Below are positions 8,439 through 18,731 of a stretch of 25,983 nucleotides of DNA, one piece after another. The position numbers were made by a program, and so were the translations under genes. The notes under the pieces are model-generated. The model was given only the letters and a program-made list of their open reading frames with translations. It did no database searches and was not told where the DNA came from. The DNA comes from Coniocarpon cinnabarinum (Eukaryota). Numbering within the stretch: the stretch's first letter is position 1; each line of letters opens with the position of its first letter. The DNA is taken from assembly GCA_051942205.1 (NCBI GenBank), contig JAVECO010000015.1:186001-211983 (forward strand), written 5' to 3'.

Positions 8439-11371
8439 TCAAGGTCGTGCCCTCACCATGTCACTTCCAACATCTCCTCTGCAGAACGAGCTGTCAGGAC
8501 TCTGTCGTCCATCACTGGAAACCGCATTCACCCCTTCCAACTCCTTGTTGATACTGTCCATCCGCCTAATGAATTCTTGCTGCAGCTCCTTTAGCCATGC
8601 GCCAAGCGCTTCCCCTTCCAGACGCCCCTGTCGAGCTTGAATTAAATGTTCTCGAAGTTCGAGCCCGAGCTTCCGCCGTTTCTGGGTCAACACAGCTCTG
8701 CTTGCGGCCTCGTCGCGTGCTTTCTGTTGCTGCAATAGCTTTGACACCTCCGTGGCTCGAGTGAGTATCGACGTAGGCAATGGCAGAGTGCGCGCCAGCG
8801 TCAACCCATATGATGGTGTGCTTTCAGGACCTGAAGCGATCCGATACAGCATACGAACAGTGGCCGGATCAGGTGTCTCGGTGACTAAATGCAGTGACAC
8901 GACACCTGCTCGCTCGCTCAAGATCTTCGAGAGTTCAGTGAAATGAGTCGCAAACCATACCATAGCTTTGCTCTCCACCAAAGCCTCTGAGATGGCAATC
9001 GCTATTGCAAGTCCATCACGTGTGCTTGTACCTCGTCCGAGCTCATCGATGATGGCGATGCTCCGTCGGTCGATGTTACGCAAGATGTATGCAGTTTCGC
9101 GCATTTCCGTTGCGAAGGTTGACATGTTTGCTTCGATGCTATCGTCGAAATTGACTCTAGCGAACAATTGAAAGAAGATTGGCAGTGCTGCGTACGACGC
9201 TGGCACAAAACTTCCAATCTGAGCCATCACTGCCATCAGGGCAACGCTTCGAATGTAAGTGCTCTTTCCACTCATATTGCAGCCTGTCACGATCTGGAAG
9301 CGCTTTTGATGCGTTGCATAGACATCGTTCGCAACAAACTTGATGTGGTTGAATTTCTCCTTGATGGGATGACGTGCTGCTTTGATCCCTAGAGTGTCGG
9401 AATGTTCCGGTCTTACATATTTGCGACTAGTTGCAAGTTGACCAAAGCTCGCAAGCATGTCCAGCACTGCAAGACTTTCGCATATCTTGAATAGCGAAGG
9501 CGCATGGTCACGCACTGCTTCGATCAGTGCCCGGACGATTTGGTCACCTGAATGGAATTGTTCGCATTAGATCAAGACGAACTGCTGGGTATGACCTATT
9601 GAACCTACTGAGAAGTATACATTCATTGTGGGAGTCAGCTATCTGCTACTTATCAGTTTTCGTCGACTAGTCCTCGAGATTGATCTTCGAGACCTTCTGA
9701 TTCCTTTTTTTAAGTTCCAAAGTCAGGGCGTCTAGTCGTCCTTTAGGACCTTTGGTTATGTTGACAAGATCTGTGGGCACTTCTTTGTCATCGAGATCCG
9801 CTGCACGTAGCCGCAGATAGTATAGTCGGACGCTGTCGTATTTGAGCTCGAAGTCCAGGCCATGGGTTTCTAAGTAAGATCAGCCGATTAAATGTAGGCC
9901 AAGGATAGCACATACGTTTTAGCTCATTCACATAGTCAACGACATCTTGTGAGCCTTCTTGGTATGTTGTTCGTGCCACATCCAGCAGGCCGTTGGTGCC
10001 AGACTGCCTGTGTTTAGCAAGATCCCTTCATAGTGAACAGCAAATTGATGGACGGCCTACTCGCACAGCAAAAACCCTCTGATATCGTAGGTCTAAGGGC
10101 TGCTTGGAATACTTAACCTCATCGTTAATCACTGAACTTATCAGGGCCTCGACCGGATTCACGGCATGCGGAGCGCAGTGCTGTACATACGTTAGCTAAT
10201 TGCAAGCAGCGAAATTTGTCACTCGTGACATGCGTCCCGAATCTTGGTGAGCAAGCTTGAGCGCGCGTCACTCAAAGCTTCGTAGACAGGCCTCACAGCT
10301 TGCACGTAATGTTTCAATTGGATCACATCGTTCACATCATGTTCGGCGCGATTCACATCACTCATTAAGGGCACCACGATCAGAGACGTCAATAACTTAT
10401 CCACGTCGACAAAAGCTGGCAGTGCTGATGAAGTGTCAGTGGGAGCAAGGTCTACCAGCGTTTGCGGACAAGCCTTGTCTGATTGCAAAGAACATCTCTT
10501 CTTTCGTTGTCAACTCTTCAAGTGCGTCATGCCGAGCTGCAATAGTGTCTGCATCGGTAAGCGGCTGCAAGATGTTGCTTCTAAGCAAACGATTTCCCAT
10601 CGGAGTTTGTGTCTCATTCAAGAGGCCAAACAGGCAATCACGCGATTTGACGTTGTGCAAATTTTGGATCAGCTCAAGCGAGTAGATGGTCGAAATGTCG
10701 ATCATCATTGCACCCTCAGAAGGTTCGTATTTGATCCGAAGGGAATGCATAGTAAACGACTTCTGAAAGCCGTGCTCAACAAACTTAAGAGCCTGTAGCA
10801 AGTGAGCATTCACTAATAGCGCTCCCATTTTCCTACCTACCGCAGAAAAGCAACAAACGGCGTAGAACTTGCCAGTCAAGGCAGACTTCGTAGCCTCGAT
10901 GTCTTCCTCGAACGCAAGATCCTGGATATAGGTGAAACCAGACGATTCTGCGAAATATCGTCTTTCAAGCAAGGTAAGTGTGCAACCAAGGTCTTCGAGC
11001 GCTTCCTCGATGATAGAATACAATTTCGACTTTGGCTGCGCAGCTGTGCGTACGATGAGTAGCTCAGATGGCGCGAAGATAGCAATCTTCTGAATGGTCC
11101 GGACATAGGTCTGGCTGTCATTGATTTGACACAGCACAGCTTCACAGGTATCGAGGTTCACGAATGCAAGACCGACAGTGGGAGAGACCCCGCGAGACTC
11201 GCTGACAGCACACACGATTTTCTGAGACTCAACACCGGCGAGGGTAGATAGGCCAGTGCGGGGTCTAGCCGTGCGAGGACGACCAGTACGGGGATGAGAC
11301 AATGTTGTGTACTCATACGATGAGCCTGCAGATCGCCGCGATTGTGTTCGAGATGAGGATGCCGACGACAT
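8439..11371 (-). CDS. MSH4: MutS homolog 4 (meiotic crossover MutSgamma subunit), about 855 aa. Exons 11371-10841, 10792-10474, 10424-10234, 10180-10061, 10003-9916, 9869-9694, 9642-9609, 9547-8439
   Basis: Begins at the connector domain (IVCAVSESRG..VGLAFVNL) with no mismatch-binding domain I. MutS core SLELIQN..TQTPMGNRLLRSNILQP. ATPase: Walker A TGCNMSGKSTY, STFATEMRE, Walker B IIDELGRGTS, FATHF, SYGL. The eight exons sum to 2568 nt in one frame. Confidence 0.93.
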
Positions 11372-11704
11372 CTCTGCTTTGATCAATTCAGAATGTTGAT
11401 CAAGTCACCAGAGAGCACTTTAAAGCAGAGGGCACGTGACTGATGCAAAATATGTGCCATGAAGTTTCACTATGATCCGGCTTCGCGCGCACGGCCTCAG
11501 GTACCGACCTTACGTGTCGGCGACTGCCTCGCTCACATATACTCTGTGCTTCTCTCCACTGAATCTGCTACTAGATAGCTGCGATTGCACTTCGTTTCGA
11601 AGCTCCGAAGAGTCACCGCAAATCACAGCTTATAGACGTTTCAACACAGCCACGAGACAGCAGACCATCACGTCAGCGTTCCTTCTTACTTCAAGCTCAT
11701 AGAT
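11372..11704. promoter_or_regulatory. Divergent (probably bidirectional) promoter region between MSH4 and PRE4, containing an E-box GTCACGTG (minus strand, 11433-11440)
   Basis: Only 333 bp separate the head-to-head ATGs. CACGTGAC at 11433-11440 matches the Cbf1-type bHLH consensus RTCACGTG. Confidence 0.5.
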
Positions 11705-12637
11705 ATGAACCATCTTCCTCAAGCTTGGGGACGTGTACGTTACAATTTGCGCAGGTTTTTGTGTTTGCGTATCTGATGCTGACACTCGAAAGCCCCGTGA
11801 CGATATCTACGGTCCTTATGATCCTTCACATCTGCAGACTACACATCCGCAAAGCCATACCCAGTCACCCTTGGTTACCGGTACTTCTGTAGTCGCCTGC
11901 AAATACAAGGATGGTGTGGTGATAGCAGCAGACAACCTAGGTATGTCGCTGGAGTGCACTGTGAATCCCGTAGCTCACAGCTAATCTACCTAGCGTCTTA
12001 CGGCTCCCTGGCACGCTTCACTGACGTCAAACGCCTACGCCCCTTCAACTCCCGCTGCATCCTCGGCTTCGGCGGCGACGTCTCAGACATGCAATCTCTC
12101 GACCGCACCCTCAACGCCCTCTCCATCCGCGAAGACTACTCAAGCGCCGCGCAGCCACCAGATCACTCGCAACCATCCCTTAACGCGCGCAATCTCCACA
12201 CTCATCTCTCCAAGATCATGTACCGACGCCGCTCAGATTTCAATCCGCTCTGGAACGTGATACTCGTAGCGGGTCTAGATGGCGACGACAGTCCATTTCT
12301 CGCAAGTGTGGACCTACTTGGTACCACCTTCAGCAGCCCGACGTTAGCGACGGGGTTTGGGAGCATGTTGGCGGTGCCCATTTTGAGGAGACGGGTGCCG
12401 GACGAGGAGACGGCGGCGCAATTGGGCAAGGAGGAGGCGCTCGAGCTCGTGAGGGAGTGCATGAGGGTGTTGTTCTATCGGGATGCGAGGAGTACAGATC
12501 AATATGCCATTGCAGTGGTGAGCAAGGGTGGAGAGAAGGGTGAAGGGGAGGTGGACGTGAAGTGGAATGAGAAGGCGGAGAAGCAGTCTTGGGCTTTCGC
12601 TGATCAGATACATGGGTATGGCACTCAGACTGTCTGA
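11705..12637 (+). CDS. PRE4: 20S proteasome subunit beta type-7 (Pre4/PSMB4), about 273 aa. Exons 11705-11734, 11793-11940, 11994-12637
   Basis: MNHLPQAWGR|PRDDIYG...TQSPLVTGTSVVACKYKDGVVIAADNL|ASYGSLARFTDVKRL...MYRRRSDFNPLWN...TLATGFG...CMRVLFYRDARS...WAFADQIHGYGTQTV. Introns GTACGT..CTGAC..AAG and GTATGT..CTAAT..TAG restore the frame. Confidence 0.96.
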
Positions 12638-13266
12638 GAAGGTGGATCAGTAAATGCGTTGGCTCGTGGAATAATGCAACTCAGTTCGCAGTTGCGAGTC
12701 GCAAGCCAATCATAACGTGTCAAACCCTTGAACTCTCAAGCTACGTCAATGCCGATTCCTGCGCGAGCGATGCATAGCCTGATGCACGCTTCTTGCGGTC
12801 TACGAAACTTCAATCGCGGAGGCGCAGCCTTGTACCCGGGCGACAGCACGTTTGGCATACATTCGAACCTCATTCAAAAAAAATACCAGACTCCTACAAT
12901 GGCTCTTGAAGAACAGAGTTCCTACTTGAAACCCTGACCATGTAACAGCAAAACACCTGCTAGATAGTGAGGGAACTTTTATCATTTGCGCTCGCCACGT
13001 ACTTGTGAACTTAAATGAAATAGTACAAGCTACTGTACCAGAAGTGATTCTAGTTTCAGTATTACAACCTTCTCTGCGCATGACAGCCCGGCATAAGGTT
13101 CGCTTCAGACAAGGATAGAACGAGATGCACTTCAGCAAAAGGCACTTCGGAATTCAATCATCCGACGCTCCTGAATGACGTCCAGGGGTCTTTTCTTAAA
13201 TTCTCTATTTGAAGTGCAAGTCACTGCCCACACGTGGTCCTGTGTTGACCCCTGCAGACAAAGCAA

Positions 13267-14556
13267 ATGCCAACCATCAAATCCCTTGAATATTTCCGCG
13301 TGAAGCCGCGCTGGCTTTTCCTCAAGATAGAGGATGAGCGCGGCAATTACGGATGGGGCGAAGCGACATTGGAAGGACATACACGTGCGGTTGAAGGGAC
13401 TTTGGAGGACATGAGAGAGCGAATTCTAGGTGATGACGCTGAGTAAGTATCCTCTAAGATATTGGCAGAACATCAGGTGGTGATGGGTGACTGATTGACG
13501 GTGAGCGCAGTGACATTGAATATGTATGGCAGAAGGTCCACCGACGTGGGTTTTATCGTGGAGGGCCTGTGTTCATGAGTGCGTTGAGCGGAATTGATAT
13601 TGCGCTGTGGGATCTCAAAGGTACGTGGCTCTTCCTGTTGCTCTTAATGATTCATGCTCAAATTCCGGCTAGCACGTAGGCTCGGTGTGCCCGTGTGGCA
13701 ACTGCTAGGCGGCCGCGTTCGACATAAGGTCAAAGTCTACGCCTGGATTGGCGGTGACAACCCCAGCGACGTGGAGGGTGCAGCTCGAGCACGTCGAGAG
13801 CAGGGATACAAGTATTGTAAGATGAATGCAACGGGCGCTGTGGATTGGCTGGACAGCCCCTCTGAGCTCTTGCCAACATTGGATCGACTGAAAGCTGTAA
13901 ACAAGCAGGGCTTGAGAGCTGGTCTGGACTTTCATGGCCGATTGCACGTGCCCATGGCGAAGCAGCTTGTTGAGATGCTGGCGCAGCTGCCGGCAGAAGA
14001 GCGGCCGTTGTTTGTGGAGGAACCCTTACTGAGTGAGCATCCGGAGGCGCTGGCTCGTTTGAACCAGCAGTCGCCCATTCCCATCGCCCTGGGTGAGCGA
14101 CTGTACTCACGGTGGGACGTGAAACCGTTTCTGCAGTCAGGTGCGGTTGACGTCTTGCAGCCTGATCTATCACATGCGGGTGGCATCTCAGAGGTGAAGC
14201 GAATAGCGAGTATGGCCGAGGCGTACGATGTGGCAGTAGCACCGCACTGCCCGCTTGGACCAATCGCGCTTGCAGCGTCAATGGCTATTGCGGCTTCGAC
14301 GCAGAACTTTGTCATCCAGGAGATGAGCAGAGGCATCCACTACAACACCGAGGCTGGAACCGAAGAGCTGGAGACGTATCTGACGCCGTCATGTAGAGAC
14401 GCATTCAAAGTGAATGAAGGCTTTGTGTCAATCATGTCCAAGCCTGGCCTTGGCGTGGATATCGACGAAGCTGTCGTGCGTAGAATTAGTGCCGACGCGC
14501 ACCCATGGCCGCTGCAAGGATTTGATGGTCCCGACGGCGCGATTCGGGAATGGTGA
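13267..14556 (+). CDS. dgoD: D-galactonate dehydratase-like enzyme (enolase superfamily, mandelate racemase subgroup), about 389 aa. Exons 13267-13442, 13511-13620, 13673-14556
   Basis: PRWLFLKIED..GWGEATLEG, GFYRGGPVFMSALSGIDIALWDLK, LDFHGR (metal Asp plus His), FVEEP, ALGERL, LQPDLSHAGGISE, APHCPLGPIA, IQEMSRGIHYN, KPGLGVDIDE and C-terminal EW all match bacterial DgoD. Both introns are GT-AG. Confidence 0.9.
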
Positions 14557-14585
14557 AAGTATAAGCTTCTGCAAGAACACGTGGT

Positions 14586-15661
14586 TCAGCCAACACGTTC
14601 CGCCTCTTGCAAAAGGTCTTCGACGCGAAAGTCGTTCGCGCCTTGAGAGAATTTCTCAACCAATGTGCGCCTGTTCTTCTTCATTTCTTTGCCAACGGGA
14701 CCCTCGTCGGACTCTTCAACATCTTCGCCTATGTTGTAGAACTTCTGCAACTGCATTATGAGCCACCTGCCTTCATCCATGCTCACACCGCGGTCAGGCA
14801 CAATATGACCCTGACACAAGACAATACCTTTTGGTTCAGCTAACTCGAGATGATGTGTCAACGTTGTATGTGGCTGTGCGTGTTCTCCACGCAATTTATA
14901 CTCAGCCAAATGGGTGAACAGGACAGTTGCTGTCTCCGGTGAAGGAAAGGTAAATTGCATGAAGTGGATGGCAGCACCCGCTTTATCCTCGTTTTGGACG
15001 TTCTGGCCATCCTCTGCAACATTTGCAGGAAGACCGGGGAGTATGAATTGAGGATGTCGCTTGGCTGTTCTCGCTATGCGGCTGAAGATAGACGCTTGCA
15101 TAGTAGCACATAAAGATTGCGGTGAATTGGCGTGTCGAAGTCGCCAGAGAGCCTCAAGTTCACGATGGGGTAGGTCCATGCTCTTGCCAACATCAATAAA
15201 TGACGAAAGTGTTTTTACACCTGGCGGTAGCTTTGTCGGATTTGCGGCAGGATCAGCCTGCGGCTCGGGTGGTGGTGGGGGTTTCGGCCATGGTGATGTC
15301 GTTTGAGCCTGTGGAGACTGTGTTGGAGCAGCATTCAGGGGAGCATTGGCACCCGGCACGGAGGCTTTATGCTTAAGATCATCTATTTTCTCCTTGTATG
15401 CTTCTTTGAGGCTACCAATGTCTCCGTGACCTTCTCTAGTAGAATTATCAGTACGGCCCTTCGGTGTCTAGACTCTGCAACAGCTTACTTCTGCGCCTTT
15501 TGCTTGAGCTTGTCTTTGTAACGATCAGTCACCCGTTCCTGCGATTGTTGCGTAGCGAGGAAGCGGACATCGTGCACACGAGCCCATCGCCTTTGAGGAG
15601 CAACGACGGTCTGTGATGCTCGTCGAGTCAAATGACGTGACACCGAGCGATACAAAGACAT
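14586..15661 (-). CDS. ATP11: Mitochondrial F1-ATPase assembly chaperone Atp11, about 340 aa. Exons 15661-15489, 15435-14586
   Basis: The spliced N-terminus MSLYRSVSRHLTRRASQTVVAPQRRWARVHDVRFLAT is an Arg-rich, acid-poor presequence. It is followed by YKDKLKQKAQ|KEG. Core: KTLSSFIDV..LWRLRH..HPQFILP..IHFMQF..TVLFTHLAEYKLRGEHAQPHTTLTHHLELAEPKGIVLCQG..LQKFY. Intron GTAAGC..CTGAT..TAG. Confidence 0.92.
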
Positions 15662-16019
15662 GAAAAAGATGGCTCAATCGCAAAACGATTGCATCGAACA
15701 ATTGCGGGTTTGGAAAGGGTTCTTGGAGTTTCGATAAATTCCACCCTGCCCAACCGAGAACCTGGGTATAAAACCTCGATTCAGCTTCGGGCAAGAATAG
15801 GCGAAAATTCAGCCCCCATCTGGCGACATTGCGACCTCGGTTACACATTGTTTTCGGTGCCGATCATCGTCATACCGATGTTCAGACGACATGAGATAGA
15901 GACCCTTTTCCTAATGTTTGTATTTTTCTAAGTATATTCTATGTTGTATGATTAAGGCGCCTGTGGCTGCACAAATTTGAATCAATCTGCTGTTGGATCT
16001 TCAGCTTGTGAAGCTCAAG

Positions 16020-17710
16020 ATGCCGACCGAGTCTAGCTTTCAACCTTTCCAGGTGCCTGATCGAGATTGTTTCACGTATTTGTTCGACCGTAAAACCAAA
16101 CCGTTCCCCGATGATAAAGTCATCCTCCGAGATGCACACACTGGTCGGTCATACACATGGCAAGAAACCAAGAATACCGCCGTCGAGTTCGGCAAAGGTC
16201 TGAAGGGAGCTTGGGAATGGAAGAAAGGTGGAGTACAGCCCTGAGTGACTTTGACATGCAGTTATGCTGACGATTTGTAGGCGATGTTCTCGCGTTGTTC
16301 ACTCCAAATTGTGTCGACACCCCTCCAGTCATGTGGGGTACGCATTGGGCCGGCGGTCTCATCAGCCCCGCGAATTCCGCCTACACAGTCGATGAGCTTG
16401 CGTATCAACTGAAGGATTGTGGTGCCAAGGGTATCGTGACGCAGATGCCCTTGTTGGATACGGTCCTAAAGGCTGCGAAACTCGTCAACATCGGAGAGGA
16501 TAGAATCATACTGATGGGCGATGAGAAGGACACGACTTACAAGTTCAAGCATTTCACCAGCGTTCGCAATTTAGCAGGCACAAGCAGATATCGCAAGTCA
16601 AAAGTTGATGCAAAGAATGATCTAGCCTTCTTGCCATATAGCAGTGGAACTACAGGTCGGCCCAAGGGCGTAATGCTGACCCACACAAATGTCCTGAGCA
16701 ACATGCTACAGAACCACGCCAATGAGGGCAGATGGATGACACCCAAAGATAAGATGTTGGCATTTCTTCCATTCTTTCACATATATGGACTGGTGGTGCT
16801 AATACACCATTGTTTTTGGGCTGGATATGAACTTGTGGTGATGCCCAAGTATGATATTGAGAAATTTTGCCAGGCAGTCCAGCAGCACAAGATCACCTTC
16901 GGCTACGTAGCGCCTCCTGTAGTGCTTCAGCTGAGCAAACATCCGATTGTCGACAAGTACGATCTTAGCTCACTGAGAATCATGAATAGTGGGGCTGCGC
17001 CACTGACGCAAGAACTGGTAAAGGAAGCATACGCTCGGATCAAGATACCTGTCAAGCAAGGATATGGATTGACTGAGACCAGCCCGACGACCCACGCGCA
17101 ACCGTGGGACAGATGGGAGACAGCAATAGGGTCTGCGGGTGTATTGTTGCCGAACCAGCTGGCAATGTTCGTGGACGCGGAGGACAAAGAAGTCCCTGTT
17201 GGGGGTGTCGGCGAGCTTTGGATTAAGGGCCCAAACGTGTTCAAGGGCTATTTGAACAACAAAGAGGGGACCGCCAACGCGTTGACAAGCGATGGGTGGT
17301 TCAAGACGGGCGACATCGGCTATCATGATAAAGAGGGCAACTTCTTCATCACAGACCGGGTAAAAGAACTGATCAAATACAAGGGCTTCCAGGTGCCACC
17401 GGCAGAGCTCGAAGGCAAGCTCGTTTCGCATCCCAAAGTGGCAGACGCGTGCGTGCTTGGAATCTACAGCAAAGAACAGGCGACAGAGCTCCCGAGGGCA
17501 TATCTCGTGACCAAGGACGGGCAGACATCTGACACTGTCGCTCAAGAGATTGTGGACTGGGTGAAGGCCAACGTCGCGAACCACAAGCAGTTGAGAGGCG
17601 GGGTCAGATTCGTCAATGAAATACCTAAGAGTGCAAGTGGAAAGATTCTACGGCGCGTGCTCAAGGAGCAAGCCCAAAAAGAGATGGACTCGCCAAGAGC
17701 TAAGCTGTGA
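16020..17710 (+). CDS. Peroxisomal AMP-forming aryl/acyl-CoA ligase (4-coumarate-CoA ligase-like / phenylacetyl-CoA ligase-like), about 545 aa. Exons 16020-16227, 16281-17710
   Basis: ANL motifs YSSGTTGRPKG, LPFFHIYG, GYGLTET, GELWIKGPNVFKGY, GWFKTGD, DRVKELIKYKGFQVPPAELE and PKSASGKILRR. The C-terminal -AKL is a canonical PTS1. Intron GTGGAG..CTGAC..TAG. Confidence 0.92.
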
Positions 17711-18704
17711 AGAGAAGATAGAAAGCTTTTGAGCTCTCATGCCAGACGATGAGGACCCCGCCCGCCTTGACATTCGCAGAAAGGGTGTTGTTGCAAGCCA
17801 GGGAGCTTGCCCGTGTCACAGAGACATGGCTGTAAACAAGCATTGGATTCATTGGGTGCCTCAATGCGAGCACTCAGGGGCAATCTGCAGGTGAATGGCG
17901 CTTGGCCGGTGCAGTGGGAACCGCTATGAAGCGGCTGCTAGCGTCGAGTCGTTCCATTCTGTTGTTGAGGCTGCAGCGGTCGACAACGGGGTGGCACCGC
18001 AGAGCCTCATTCCCATCCTGCGTCACACCGGGTCACAGCGTGAACGTTACCGAGGCGTCAGCTTGGCGATGCTTACGGAGTACAGCAATCGTGGTCAGAC
18101 GGACGGGCCGACGCGCTGCGGACCGACAGGCCTCCTCATTGTGTTTATGCAGGACCTTAATACATAAGCATACTCAGTGCACGCCGGCCAGCCAGCACGG
18201 GATGGTCATTGACCGTTAGTCAGCATGCACGACATGTGCGCTGTTGACCTGCCGGAAGCGAGACGGCCCCGTGGCCCTTTTGAGCGTCGAAGCCAATAGC
18301 GGAGTGCCGCATGGGGATTGGTGGAGGGCTGAGGCTGGGGCACCTGACCATTGCAGCGATATTCATTACGAGCAAGGATTGGTTATCAAGATGTTGCGGC
18401 CAGTTCGACAGCTCGACAGCTCGAACTTCTGCAAGCCGCATTCCCCTGACGGCGATGGCCAGCCGTTGCAAGCATCTCCAGGCGAGGCTCCGTGAGACAT
18501 TGCTGAGTCAGCCTGTCGAGCAGTGGGGAAAGCGCCAACGTGATTTGCAAAGGACAAGAACGACTGCATGTCGCAATACTAGCGAGACCCTCTCTCCACT
18601 GCCATTGGAGCAATTTGCGAGGGGGTCCACGGGCAAGCGCTGCGACGACACCCAACACCGTGTGCCCCGCAGCAAAGGGGGAATGTAACGAGGGATTGCA
18701 CCCT

Positions 18705-18731
18705 GGCACTCCCAGCACTCCTAGCACTCCG
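18705..18731 (+). repeat. Short tandem repeat, 3 x 9 bp (RGCACTCCN)
   Basis: GGCACTCCC AGCACTCCT AGCACTCCG read directly from the sequence. Confidence 0.7.

Noticed and set aside
13730..14336. 183-aa and 134-aa minus-strand ORFs
   Set aside because: Antisense to the well-supported dgoD exon 3, with no independent coding evidence.
15525..15848. 107-aa minus-strand ORF as ATP11 exon 1
   Set aside because: Wrong frame. The real exon 1 (ATG 15661) encodes the presequence and splices in frame at 15489/15435.
16970..17584. 204-aa minus-strand ORF
   Set aside because: Antisense shadow of the CoA ligase.
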